Source of the DNA: Armatimonadota bacterium
Lineage (GTDB): Bacteria; Armatimonadota; DASRZA01
NCBI GenBank assembly: GCA_035686845.1
Contig: DASRZA010000252.1
Location: forward strand, 2,101-66,100
DNA: 64,000 nucleotides
Reading direction: 5' to 3'
The notes below the pieces were generated by a model. That model was not told where the DNA came from and did no database searches. It worked only from the letters and a program-made list of their open reading frames with translations. Shown piece by piece: positions 36,118 to 46,123 of the stretch. Made by a program: the position numbers and the translations under genes. How positions within the stretch are numbered: the stretch's first letter is position 1; each line of letters opens with the position of its first letter.

Positions 36118-36759
36118 TCACTGGCGGGGTTGAAATCGCACGTCGTTATTTCCAATCTGAGAGCTCTTGAAGTACTTCGTATGCCCGTCCACAAAGGTGA
36201 AGTCTGCGCCATCGCCATGCCGGGCGCTGAGACGGTCGAACCCGACAAGGAAGTAACCATCATTGGTGGTACTGATCGGGCCCGCGTTCTCCTCGCAGAA
36301 GAGGATGCAGTTGGCAGGGCTGCTGACGGCGGCCAGCGGGATTCCCGGATGGGGCTGGGGTGTGCCTTCAATCGAAAGCAGGCTGTTGATGGCGTAAGAC
36401 GCGCCGGCGTCATCCTGGTCATCGGGACAGGTGTAGACGTTCTTGTCTTTGACATAGGGGTAGAGGCCGCCCTGCGAGGGGTCGAATATCGTCGGGGCGC
36501 CGAACTCCGTGTAGTAAATCCAACCACCGCGAGCGCCATTGCCGGCCGAACCATCGGTGGCGTTTGGCAGTCGATCGTCATAATCCTGTGTGTACATGGT
36601 TACTGCGATGCCGAGTTGGCGAAGATTGCTGCTGCAGGAAGCACGGCGAGCAGACTCCCGAGCGGCGCTGAAGACGGGAAGCAAAATGGCGGCGAGAACG
36701 GCGATTATCGCTATGACCACCAGAAGCTCAATCAGCGTGAAACCGGACCGACGCCGCAT
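36118..36759 (-). CDS. DUF1559-family protein with prepilin-type N-terminal cleavage/methylation domain (H-X9-DG protein)
   Basis: [47 protein letters not shown] (class III signal / N-methylation site) and C-terminal [13 protein letters not shown] (H-x9-DG). Confidence 0.8.
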   Translation of the reverse strand: MRRRSGFTLIELLVVIAIIAVLAAILLPVFSAARESARRASCSSNLRQLGIAVTMYTQDYDDRLPNATDGSAGNGARGGWIYYTEFGAPTIFDPSQGGLYPYVKDKNVYTCPDDQDDAGASYAINSLLSIEGTPQPHPGIPLAAVSSPANCILFCEENAGPISTTNDGYFLVGFDRLSARHGDGADFTFVDGHTKYFKSSQIGNNDVRFQPRQ

Positions 36760-37466
36760 GGGTGCTACCTCCGTCGCTAATCCGCGCTCGCAGCCATTGC
36801 ATCAGCCCTATCGCCGCGATCCACCATCCTCGCTGGCCGCCGGCGCCCGACGAGCGCGACTCAACCTTTCGACACTCCACCCGGGGTAACCTTGTTGCCG
36901 CGCCGGAGTTCACGAAACGTACTCGGAATCTCTAAAATCCGCGCGGCGAGCTCTCCCCAGGCCGGGTAGAGTTTCTCCACTTGAAAACCGTAACCCTGCG
37001 AAGGCAGAGGGCGCTCCAGCCGCCGATGAAAGGGCGGGATCGCCAGTCGGTAGGAACTGGACCGCATTGTCAAGCCCTCATCGCGACAGTTTCACCCCAC
37101 TCGCGACCAGGTGACAACCAGCCCAATACTGAAGGCGCCAGCTGTCCCGAAATGCGCCGGCTCTATCTACGATGTCAGACGATCCAAGAACGAAAGATTC
37201 CAGAACCAATGAGGCCAGGCGGGGCCGCCTGGGCGCCGCGATAGCCTGGTGGGTGCTGCTGGCCACGCTCTGGATGGCGCTGGTCGATAAGAGCACACTT
37301 ACTGAAGTCATTGCAGGCATGGCGGCTGCGGCGATCGGCGGGGCCTTCGCGCCCCTGTCGCGGCATTGGGTGGCGCCCGCGGGAGGGTCCACACCGACCA
37401 TTCCCACCGATCCGCGCCTCCCGCCTCGAACGGACGCCGGGCGTCGATTAATCTCTGACCCCGTGG

Positions 37467-38588
37467 TCAGATCGCCGTAGCGAGCAGGGCGAGCACCTTC
37501 TCGAACGCCGGGCTCCCATGTGGGCGTTCCAACTCCTGGCCGAGAAGCCACGCGGTATCGGGCGTCTCGATAGGCTGACGCCAGATGAGAGGATCGGTGT
37601 CGGGCCGATCAATCTGGAGCTCGACCATGTCGGGCCGGTGGCTTCGCTCGCAGCAGAGGCGAACCCCGCCGGATCCAGGGAGGACCACCGAGGTAAGATC
37701 CCCCGGCGCCACACCCGGTCGAGCATCGGGCTTTAGAGTCAACTGCCCGGCGCCGGCGCCCGTTGTGGTCTTGAGCGTCCAGGAGTCACCATCTCTCTTG
37801 AACCGGCCCTTGGGCAGCCAGCCGAGCCGCTCGCAGAGCCACGAACCGATGAGCGCGGCCTGCGCCTGGGTCCATCCGGCGCCGCCGGGCACGTAGCCCA
37901 CCTCAGCGTCTTTCAATCCACCTAAATACGCGCGGAACGAAGGAGGGTCAAACATCGTTGCCACCATTTCCCGCCAATTTGCCGTGCGCCGCCATGCCAT
38001 GTCCGTAACATCCGGCCGCGAGGCGTTCGTATAGGCAGCCAGCACCGGCAGCAGGCGGTCGGGCCGGGCCGAGCTCTGCAGATCCACCACCAGTCGATCG
38101 GCAATCGCGACCAGCCGCGTGTAAAGATCGTCACCGGGATCCGGGTCTCCCTGGAGCCAGACGAAGACCGGCACGTCGGCTGCTAGCAGCGGCGTCACCG
38201 CCCAGGCGATCTGGCTCACAGACTTGCCGGAGGCGTAAAGAGAGATTCGCTCGCAGCAGATCGGTTTGGAGCTTGCGCCGGCAGGATGGCAGTAGGCCGA
38301 GACCGAGGCTTCGAGAGCGTCCGATCCGGAACGATCCACGGTCGCCACGATAACCCGGCAGGGGTAGCGAGCGGTGATAGAAGTACCGGCCTCGGATGCG
38401 CGGCATGCCGACCTCGCATCCGGCGCCACGGCCACAAGGTTCAATGTGCAAACCCGGGTAACCGGCGCATCGGCTTCATCGCGTGTCTCGGCGGTACCCT
38501 GCCAGAGATTGCGTAATTCGCGCTCGATAGAGGGTAAATCGACGTTGCGATCTTCCGCAATCGGGTACACCTGACCATACTGAGGCAC
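37467..38588 (-). CDS. OpcA-like protein (glucose-6-phosphate dehydrogenase assembly protein family)
   Basis: N-terminal SIERELRNLWQ...VTRVCTLNLVAVA resembles the OpcA N-domain. Size ~370 aa fits. Confidence 0.4.
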   Translation of the reverse strand: MPQYGQVYPIAEDRNVDLPSIERELRNLWQGTAETRDEADAPVTRVCTLNLVAVAPDARSACRASEAGTSITARYPCRVIVATVDRSGSDALEASVSAYCHPAGASSKPICCERISLYASGKSVSQIAWAVTPLLAADVPVFVWLQGDPDPGDDLYTRLVAIADRLVVDLQSSARPDRLLPVLAAYTNASRPDVTDMAWRRTANWREMVATMFDPPSFRAYLGGLKDAEVGYVPGGAGWTQAQAALIGSWLCERLGWLPKGRFKRDGDSWTLKTTTGAGAGQLTLKPDARPGVAPGDLTSVVLPGSGGVRLCCERSHRPDMVELQIDRPDTDPLIWRQPIETPDTAWLLGQELERPHGSPAFEKVLALLATAI

Positions 38589-38670
38589 GGGACACTCTCC
38601 TTCTTACGCGTTCTCAAACAGATAGATGCGGCCTCAATACACGTCGAGGGCCCACATTTAATTGGAATAA

Positions 38671-39915
38671 TCAGGCGCGTCTTCTAATACGCTCAAGCGC
38701 GTCCTGAGCCTGACCTACAAATTCGTGCTCCGATTCAGAAAAGAGGGCCACGCTCCGGTCCAGGAGCGATTCGGCTTCCTTCCACTCGCCATCACGTTCG
38801 GCGAGTAGACCAAGCTCATACAGGTTGCTGGCCATCAACACGGGATCTTCGGCGCGCCGCGCGACTTCCAGACTCCCCCGGAATAGCTGGCGGCCGACAT
38901 CGGCTTCTCCCGCCTCTACCAGCAGCACTCCCAGCATTGTTTCAGTTTCGGCAGCGCGGGTTTCCTCACCTGCCGTTTTATAAAGTTCAATCGCCTGAGT
39001 ATAAAGCCGGCGGGCCTCCTGCACGTCGCCATCGTCACCCGCCATCGCGCCCAACTCTCGCAGGGCCCGCGCTGCCATCGCGCCAGTGTCACAGCGCACG
39101 GCCAGATCGTGACTCTCGCGGAGCAGGGTGCGGGCTTCATAGGACGCTTCTTCATCTACGGCGAGCATGCCAAGGTGAAAGAGAATGTCCGCAGCGGCCA
39201 TTTCGTGCCCCAGACGACGGCGGATATCGAGGGCTTCGTTCCAGTGCTGTCGTGCGGCGCGATGATCTTGCAGACGCCGCTCGACCACGGCCATTTCCCA
39301 CAGATTGGCGGCCTGCGCTTCATCATCATCGGCGAACTGCGCCTCATCGAGCGCTCGCTGGTGCCATTCGTACGCCTCATAATACGCGGCTTCGTTTGAC
39401 GCCAGCAGCCCGAGGCGGTACATCCCGAAGCTGCGCCGCCGGAAGTCATCACTTTCACGAATCTGCCAGAGATACCGGTTCCAACACTGCCTGGCGCTGG
39501 CAAGATCCCCCTGTCGCTCGGTGACTCCGGCGAGCTGTTCCAATATCCGGCCCAGCATCGCAGCGTCTTCGGCAGATTCCCCGGCTTCCAACGCTCTTTC
39601 GAGCGCCTCGCGCGACGCCTGCAGGTTGCCCCGATTCTCTTCGGTAGCCCCGAGCTCAAAAAGGGCCTGAGCTTGCAGCAGCGGGTCTCCGGCCGCTGCG
39701 GCGCATTGCGCGGATTCATCGTATTGTGACGCCGCCTTATCCCATTCCCTGGACTGATAATCAAAGTATGCCAGCTCATACAGGGCACGGGCAGCCCGAG
39801 CATGATCGCCAGTCAGGCGGGCGGTATCCAATTGCTCTTCGTACTCGTCGCGGGACGACGCGTGATCCGCCATGTCTCCTTCTTTCGATTCTCCCCTAAA
39901 GCGTCCCGCAGTCAA
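38671..39915 (-). CDS. tetratricopeptide-repeat protein
   Basis: Multiple 34-aa repeats with W-LG-Y/A-F-A-P consensus (e.g. ARALYELAYFDYQSREWDKAASQYDES, AANLWEMAVVERRLQDHRAARQHWNEAL). Confidence 0.7.
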   Translation of the reverse strand: MTAGRFRGESKEGDMADHASSRDEYEEQLDTARLTGDHARAARALYELAYFDYQSREWDKAASQYDESAQCAAAAGDPLLQAQALFELGATEENRGNLQASREALERALEAGESAEDAAMLGRILEQLAGVTERQGDLASARQCWNRYLWQIRESDDFRRRSFGMYRLGLLASNEAAYYEAYEWHQRALDEAQFADDDEAQAANLWEMAVVERRLQDHRAARQHWNEALDIRRRLGHEMAAADILFHLGMLAVDEEASYEARTLLRESHDLAVRCDTGAMAARALRELGAMAGDDGDVQEARRLYTQAIELYKTAGEETRAAETETMLGVLLVEAGEADVGRQLFRGSLEVARRAEDPVLMASNLYELGLLAERDGEWKEAESLLDRSVALFSESEHEFVGQAQDALERIRRRA

Positions 39916-40268
39916 GTGACGCCGGGGAAATCAGTCGCATCGCTTAATTCACCAGTTGTTCGCTGCAAACCGGTTCATCGCCGCACCGGATTCGTTCGGA
40001 TCGAGTTCGAGGTATTATACCATTTGCCTGAAGGCAGATCAAAGCAGAGGCGCGCGGGATCGGCGGCGAGTCGGAATTTTACCAGAGCGTGCGCGATTCA
40101 ACCCTTGGATTGATTATTAGCTCATCTCGCGCGCCCATTCGCGAGCTATCTAACGGCTTTGCCTTCTTAGCCCAATAATTAAATGGCCGGCAAAACAGGC
40201 AAAAAAAGGAGAACGGGATGCCCGCGTGGTAGTATTCTAATAGCCCACTGAGCCAGGAGATCGACACG

Positions 40269-41312
40269 ATGCTGTTTTTGCCGAGGAGCGCTTCCCAAAC
40301 ATCGTCAGCGGCTGTCCGCCACAAAACGTTACACCGGTCGCGACAATCGTACGGGCTCGTCTTCATTGCCGCGCTCACTCTAATCGCGGTTTACGCAGGC
40401 GCTGCTCGTGCCGATGACACAGCGTCCAGCAACCAGATTCTGACGATCACGCTCCCTGCCGGGGGCTCAAACGCCGCCGCCGGACCCTCTGATAGCGGCG
40501 CCGGACCCGCCGACAATGGGGCAGGTATCCCCTCCAACTCAGTCTCCATTCCGGCGCCGGGTCAGGATAACGGCCAGGCTTCTTCACAAAACGGCGCGAT
40601 AGCCCAACTCCCGCCGCCTGACTTCAATCACCTCTCGGTTATCGCTGTGGGAAACGTCAACGAGGACGGCGCCCAGATCGTACGCAGAGCGGGTCCAAGC
40701 AGTATGACAGTGCTTTTTACCTGCGCGCGGGGCCAATCGATTGGGATTGTCGGACAGCTCGGGCAGTGGTACTGCGTCGAAATGGCGGATGCATCGCTGG
40801 GATGCATCCTCGTGAACCGCGTGAACGTGACATGGGAGAGTCCCGGCCCGGTCCCCGACGTCCCCAACAACCAGCAGTCTCCCTCGGATCGTCTTCGACC
40901 AACCCCGGTGCTCTTCCCGGATTCGATCCGCGACAACGGCTCAACCCCCGCCGGCCGTCGCGTTGTCGACGCGGCCCTCCGGTTTCTCGGCGTGCGGTAT
41001 CGCTGGGGAGGGAATACTGACCACGGTATCGATTGCTCGGGCCTGGTCAAAGCGGCCTTTGCACGGGAGGGGATTGATCTGCCTCGCACCGCCCGTGAAC
41101 AGGCCGAAGTCGGGGCGCCGGTTTCACTCTCCGAGATTCAGCCGGGCGACCGCCTCTCGTTTATCTGCCACGGATCAACGGTCGATCATACGGGGATCTA
41201 TATTGGCGGAGGCCAGTTCATTGAGGCGTCCGGCGCTAAAGGCGAGGTCGCCATTACCCCTCTGGAGAGCTATCTCAAGTACCTCGTCGGAATTCATCGC
41301 GATTTCCATTGA
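40269..41312 (+). CDS. NlpC/P60 (C40) cell-wall peptidase with SH3b domain
   Basis: N-terminal signal/TM. SH3-like VRRAGPSSMTVLF...GQWYCVEM. Catalytic Cys DCSGLVKAAF and His HTGIYIGGGQFIEAS. Confidence 0.75.
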   Translation: MLFLPRSASQTSSAAVRHKTLHRSRQSYGLVFIAALTLIAVYAGAARADDTASSNQILTITLPAGGSNAAAGPSDSGAGPADNGAGIPSNSVSIPAPGQDNGQASSQNGAIAQLPPPDFNHLSVIAVGNVNEDGAQIVRRAGPSSMTVLFTCARGQSIGIVGQLGQWYCVEMADASLGCILVNRVNVTWESPGPVPDVPNNQQSPSDRLRPTPVLFPDSIRDNGSTPAGRRVVDAALRFLGVRYRWGGNTDHGIDCSGLVKAAFAREGIDLPRTAREQAEVGAPVSLSEIQPGDRLSFICHGSTVDHTGIYIGGGQFIEASGAKGEVAITPLESYLKYLVGIHRDFH

Positions 41313-41376
41313 TGAAACGGAGAACGCGGGACCGCGAAATCGCTCCCCGCGCTTGACGTCCCGCGACCGTTGGTCG

Positions 41377-42549
41377 CTATCCGGAATTCGCGATTTCCAG
41401 CACGGCGGAGGTTACGTCGTGAATATCCTCGTCGGTGAGGCCGGGATGCAGCGGAAGTGATATGTTGCGGGTAGCGGCGTCCGCCGCAACCGGTAGGTCT
41501 TCCGGACGGTAACCGTATTTCCGCGTGTAGAACGACATCATGTGAACCGGGATGAAATGGACGCTCGTTCCGATGTTGAGAGCGGTAAGCCGCTCGATAA
41601 ACTGATCCCGGTTGATTTCCACAGCGTTCGGCCGGATCCTCAGCACGTAAAGGTGCCAGCTTGACCGGCAGTTCTCGCGCTCCACCGGTATCTCCAGGGC
41701 CGGATGACGCCCGAACGCTTCGTTGTACGCCTGTACGACTTCCCGCCGCCGGGCATGGAATCGCTTCAGTTTTAGCAACTGCTGCTTGCCGATCGCCGCC
41801 TGGATGTCGGTCATGTTGTACTTAAAGCCGGGGGCCTCCACGTCGTAGCGCCAGCTCCCGCCGCGGTCAAATCGCCTCCACGCGTCGCGTGACATGCCGT
41901 GCAAACTCAGCGTTCGGGCCTTCGCGATCAGTTCAGCAGGGCCGGTGAGCGCGCCGCCCTCGGCTGTCGTGAGGTTTTTCGTGGCATAGAAGCTGAACGC
42001 GGCGAGGTTATTCCGGCATCCAATCATCACCTCCCGGTTTGTGGGATCCCGATACCAGGCGGGAACGGCGTGGGCGGCGTCCTCAACAATGGGGATGTTA
42101 TGCTTCTGCGCCAGCGCGTCCAGCGCGTGTAACTCCGCCGGATGCCCGGCATAATGAACCGGCATAATGGCGCGGGTTCGCTCCGTGATGGCGCGCGCCA
42201 CGGCGGCCGGGTCAATGCAGAGGGTGTCGGGTAGGACATCCACCAGCACCGGCCGAGCGCCAACGTGCTCGACGACGTTGGCCGACGCTACAAAGGTCAT
42301 GGTGGGGACAACGACTTCGTCCCCGGGTCCCACTCCCAGCGCAACAAGGCTGAGGTGGAGACCGGCGGTACATGAGTTCAGCATCAAGCAGGTCCCGCCG
42401 GGCGCGTTCACGTACTCTCCAAACTGCCTCTCGAACGCCTTCGTACGGGGACCGGTGCTGATCCACCCTTCGCGCAGCGTGGCGACCACCTCGTCGATCT
42501 CCTCCTCACCCAGATTCGGCGGGCAGAAGGGTAAAAACGTCTCTCGCAT
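41377..42549 (-). CDS. DegT/DnrJ/EryC1/StrS-family PLP-dependent sugar aminotransferase
   Basis: N-terminus FLPFCPPNLGEEEIDEVVATLREGWISTGP and fold-type I PLP region characteristic of ArnB/PseC-type enzymes. Confidence 0.8.
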   Translation of the reverse strand: MRETFLPFCPPNLGEEEIDEVVATLREGWISTGPRTKAFERQFGEYVNAPGGTCLMLNSCTAGLHLSLVALGVGPGDEVVVPTMTFVASANVVEHVGARPVLVDVLPDTLCIDPAAVARAITERTRAIMPVHYAGHPAELHALDALAQKHNIPIVEDAAHAVPAWYRDPTNREVMIGCRNNLAAFSFYATKNLTTAEGGALTGPAELIAKARTLSLHGMSRDAWRRFDRGGSWRYDVEAPGFKYNMTDIQAAIGKQQLLKLKRFHARRREVVQAYNEAFGRHPALEIPVERENCRSSWHLYVLRIRPNAVEINRDQFIERLTALNIGTSVHFIPVHMMSFYTRKYGYRPEDLPVAADAATRNISLPLHPGLTDEDIHDVTSAVLEIANSG

Positions 42550-42551
42550 GA

Positions 42552-43589
42552 CTATAACTTCCCGACTTCTTCGGCACGTTCACGGGGACAGACCAGAACA
42601 GTATTCCCATAACGTACGATAACAAGCCCCGTAACCCCCAGGGCGATGACCTGTCCTTCATCAGCAATTGCCACGCAGTGCGAGGAATCAACAAACCGGT
42701 TCGACCCGAGTCCCACATTTCCCGAGGCGTCGCGCTCCAATAGACGATTGAACGCGTCCCAGGTTCCGAGGTCGTCCCAGCCAAACCTGCCGGCGACACA
42801 GAATATGTTATCGCAGCGCTCGGCGATTCCCACGTCTACCGAGACGATAGGCAGCGCTTCGAAGAGCTGCTGGAGTCGACTGGACGAGAGGCCCGGTTCG
42901 AACAGCCTGGCGTGATGCGGCAGGAACCGGCTGAAAGCGTCGTAGGCGACATCCGCGCGCCAGACGTAGATGCCAGCGTTCCAGAGGCAGCCTTCTTCCA
43001 CGAGCTGAAGCGCTCTCGTATGATTTGGCTTCTCCTCAAAAACGGCAACGCGATAAACGTCCCGACCCACGCACTCTCCCGGCCGAATGTAACCAAAACC
43101 AGTGGCGGGCCGCTGCGGCTGAATACCGACCACCACGATCCCGCGCCGCTCCTGCGCCACTCTGGCCGCGCTTCGCAGCGTCTCCTGGTAGAGGTGGTTG
43201 TCGGACACGGCGCCATCGGACGGCGTAAACGCGACCGCGGTTTCGGGGCCGAACCGCGCCGCGATTGCTGCTGTCGCCAGCGCGCAGGCGCCTGCGGAAT
43301 TGCGCCGCATCGGCTCGATGATGATGTTCTCCGGAGGCGCTTCGGGCAGATGTTCACGCACCTGCTCCACCAGCTCCGCGGTGGTCGCAATAAAGATGGC
43401 GTCGGGCGTGGTGAGCGGCGCCAACCGGCGATAAGTCTGCTGGATCAAGGATTGGCCCGGCCCGCTGCTAGAGGCGCCATCGTCGCCGGACGCTGACGGC
43501 CACATCACAAACTGCTTCGGCCGCAGTTTCGTACTGGCCGGGAAGAGGCGCGTGCCCACTCCTCCCGCCATGATGACAACCGCGATCAT
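42552..43589 (-). CDS. sugar-1-phosphate nucleotidyltransferase (mannose-1-phosphate guanylyltransferase-like)
   Basis: MIAVVIMAGGVGTRLFPASTKLRPKQF N-terminal NTP-transferase signature. Confidence 0.7.
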   Translation of the reverse strand: MIAVVIMAGGVGTRLFPASTKLRPKQFVMWPSASGDDGASSSGPGQSLIQQTYRRLAPLTTPDAIFIATTAELVEQVREHLPEAPPENIIIEPMRRNSAGACALATAAIAARFGPETAVAFTPSDGAVSDNHLYQETLRSAARVAQERRGIVVVGIQPQRPATGFGYIRPGECVGRDVYRVAVFEEKPNHTRALQLVEEGCLWNAGIYVWRADVAYDAFSRFLPHHARLFEPGLSSSRLQQLFEALPIVSVDVGIAERCDNIFCVAGRFGWDDLGTWDAFNRLLERDASGNVGLGSNRFVDSSHCVAIADEGQVIALGVTGLVIVRYGNTVLVCPRERAEEVGKL

Positions 43590-43697
43590 CCTTCACTCCA
43601 ATGCCGGATATTCCGCTTCATCCGGTCGCTCCTTCGGACGCTCTCCTGAACACTCGACCTACAACCTCAAGCATTTCCATTTGCAAAACGCTCAATC

Positions 43698-44657
43698 TCA
43701 GGAAGCGGCGGTCGCAGCGGTGGTGACGAACCATGCCACGGTCCGACGGAGCCCCTCCAGGAACTCCACGCGCGGCTCGTAGCCCAGATTCTCCCTTGCC
43801 AGGGTAATATCCGCCAGCGAATCGCGCACATCGCCGGCCCGGGCCGGCGCATGAACCGGTGAGATCGCTACTCCCATGACCTTTTGAAGCTCGCCCAACA
43901 GATCATTCAAACTGATCCGTTGGCCGCATCCTACGTTGAAGACTTTGCCTGCTGCGGCGGATGTTGGGGCCATCGCTGCTCGAATGTTGGCCGCAACGGC
44001 GTTCTCGACATACGTAAAATCTCTTGTTTGCTCCCCATCTCCATACACGACCGGGGGATCGCCCCGCTGCAGCGCCTGGATAAAGCGAGGTATGACCGCA
44101 GCGTATTCCGAGTGAGGATCCTGCCGCGGACCGAACACGTTGAAGTATCTCAGCGCCACAGTCTCCAGGCCATACACTTGAAAGAATACCTGGCAGTAGA
44201 GTTCACCCACATATTTGGTGATGGCGTACGGGGAGAGTGGAATCGCCTGCATGCTCTCTACCTTGGGGAGCGTCTCGGTGTTGCCATAGGCGGAGGAGGA
44301 CGCTGCATAAACTACACGTTGAACACCCGCCGCACGCGCCGCCAGCAGCACGCTCAGGGTTCCATTGATGTTGTGGTCATTGCTCTCCCAGGGATTCTCC
44401 ACCGACCGGGCTACCGAAGCGAGCGCGGCCTGGTGAAAGACAATCTCGACACCGCGAAAAAGACGCTCCATCTGATCCCGATCGCGAACGTCCCCCTTTA
44501 CGAACTTCAGATCCTTCGTCATGTCCGCAAGATTGAGTTCTTTTCCGGTGGAGAGATTATCCACCACCGTAACGTCACATCCCTCGCAGAGAAGCGCTCG
44601 CGACAGGTTTGACCCGATGAACCCTGCCCCGCCGGTCACCACGCATCGGCCCAGCAA
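43698..44657 (-). CDS. NAD-dependent nucleotide-sugar epimerase/dehydratase (SDR family)
   Basis: VTGGAGFIGSNL Rossmann motif, catalytic YxxxK (YAITKYVGE), S at AASSSAYG. Confidence 0.75.
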   Translation of the reverse strand: MLGRCVVTGGAGFIGSNLSRALLCEGCDVTVVDNLSTGKELNLADMTKDLKFVKGDVRDRDQMERLFRGVEIVFHQAALASVARSVENPWESNDHNINGTLSVLLAARAAGVQRVVYAASSSAYGNTETLPKVESMQAIPLSPYAITKYVGELYCQVFFQVYGLETVALRYFNVFGPRQDPHSEYAAVIPRFIQALQRGDPPVVYGDGEQTRDFTYVENAVAANIRAAMAPTSAAAGKVFNVGCGQRISLNDLLGELQKVMGVAISPVHAPARAGDVRDSLADITLARENLGYEPRVEFLEGLRRTVAWFVTTAATAAS

Positions 44658-44736
44658 TCAAAGGCTCCAGTCGCTTGAAACGCGCAGTTGAAAATGTGCC
44701 AAACGTCCGGCCATCCTATCCCTCCTTAATAACCCC

Positions 44737-44784
44737 CAGAAGTAAACGCTTCAGAAGTAAACATTCCAGAAATAAACGCTCCAG
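44737..44784. repeat. 15-16-bp tandem repeat CAGAAGTAAACGCTT x3 in the intergenic spacer of the nucleotide-sugar operon
   Basis: ccagaagtaaacgctt / cagaagtaaacattc / cagaaataaacgctc, in the low-GC spacer between the dehydrogenase stop (44803) and the epimerase start (44657). Confidence 0.6.
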
Positions 44785-44802
44785 TTACCAATTAGTTAGC
44801 TC

Positions 44803-46083
44803 TTAGAGGCTCCAGTAGCTTATCGTCGACGGAATCTCGGAAGGATCCAGCAGCGACTTAACATCCATCAGCACTCCATCCGGTCGCAACTGCGACAGCA
44901 GCTTTTCGCGCGGCATCTGGAGGAACTTCCTATGCCCCACGGCCAGCACCAGGCAATCAAGCTCTGTCATTTCCTCCCAGTCCGTCAGGCAGATACCGTA
45001 GGCGTCGTGCGCTCTGCGCGCATCTACAAGCGGATCATGCACGAGGGGATCCACACCGAACTGCCGCAGCTCAGAGACAATATCGGGCACCCGGCTGTTG
45101 CGAATATCCGGCACGTTTTCTTTGAAAGTCAGGCCGAGAATACCCACCCGCGCATTCCTCACCGGGATGTCGGCGTGGATCAGCAGCTTAACAAGGCGCT
45201 GCGCGATCTGCTGCCCCATTCCGTCATTGATACGTCGTCCTGCCAGAATGACCTGCGGGTGGTAGCCGACCTCTTCAGCTTTTTTCGTCAGGTAATAGGG
45301 GTCGACGCCGATACAGTGGCCGCCAACCAGACCGGGTGTAAAGGGGAGGAAGTTCCACTTGGTATTCGCCGCAGCCAGTACGTCACGCGTACAGATGCCG
45401 AGCCGGTCGAAGATAAGGGCCAGCTCGTTCATGAGCGCTATATTGAGATCTCGCTGCGTGTTCTCAATAACTTTCGCCGCCTCCGCGACTCTAATCGTTG
45501 GCGCACGGTAGATTCCGGCCTGCACGATAGCGCTGTAGACGGCGGCGACGCGGTTCAACGTAGGCTCATCCTCCGCCGACACAACTTTGACAATTCGTGA
45601 CAGAGTGTGCTCACGATCGCCAGGGTTAATCCGTTCCGGGGAATAGCCCAGCTTGAAGTCGATACTCTGCCGCAATCCGGAGACCTTCTCGAGTGTAGGA
45701 CCGCAAATCTCCTCTGTGACTCCAGGATAAACGGTCGATTCATAGACCACGACCGTTCCCGGCTGCATCACGGATCCGATAATTTCGGACGCCTTTACCA
45801 TCATCGTTAGATCGGGCTGATGATTCCGATCGATCGGGGTTGGCACCGCCACGATAAAGAAATTGCTGCTCCGCAGATCGTTGGGGTTTGAGGTAAGATT
45901 GAGACCGCAGCTCTCGAGGTCCGAAGAACTGACTTCCCCCGTTTCGTCGACCGCACGTCGGAGAGCGGCGATCTTGCGTTCATTGACATCAAAGCCGATG
46001 ACGTCTGGAAATGCGCGGGCCACCGCAACCGCTACAGGCAGCCCTACATAACCGAGTCCGATGACCGCGATTCTCTCAATCAT
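44803..46083 (-). CDS. UDP-N-acetyl-D-glucosamine/mannosamine 6-dehydrogenase (WbpA/WecC/TviB family)
   Basis: N-terminal IAVIGLGYVGLPVAVAVARAF...VIGFDVN and nucleotide-sugar dehydrogenase catalytic Cys region (GGHCIGVDPYY). Confidence 0.8.
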   Translation of the reverse strand: MIERIAVIGLGYVGLPVAVAVARAFPDVIGFDVNERKIAALRRAVDETGEVSSSDLESCGLNLTSNPNDLRSSNFFIVAVPTPIDRNHQPDLTMMVKASEIIGSVMQPGTVVVYESTVYPGVTEEICGPTLEKVSGLRQSIDFKLGYSPERINPGDREHTLSRIVKVVSAEDEPTLNRVAAVYSAIVQAGIYRAPTIRVAEAAKVIENTQRDLNIALMNELALIFDRLGICTRDVLAAANTKWNFLPFTPGLVGGHCIGVDPYYLTKKAEEVGYHPQVILAGRRINDGMGQQIAQRLVKLLIHADIPVRNARVGILGLTFKENVPDIRNSRVPDIVSELRQFGVDPLVHDPLVDARRAHDAYGICLTDWEEMTELDCLVLAVGHRKFLQMPREKLLSQLRPDGVLMDVKSLLDPSEIPSTISYWSL

Positions 46084-46123
46084 AAAATGCTAACTCCTGC
46101 ATAACGCGCCAGATGCTGACTGC

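Noticed and set aside
36046-36780. 244-aa plus-strand ORF and 36108-36581 minus-strand ORF
   Set aside because: Overlap the DUF1559 gene, which has strong family signatures. Their translations have no motifs.
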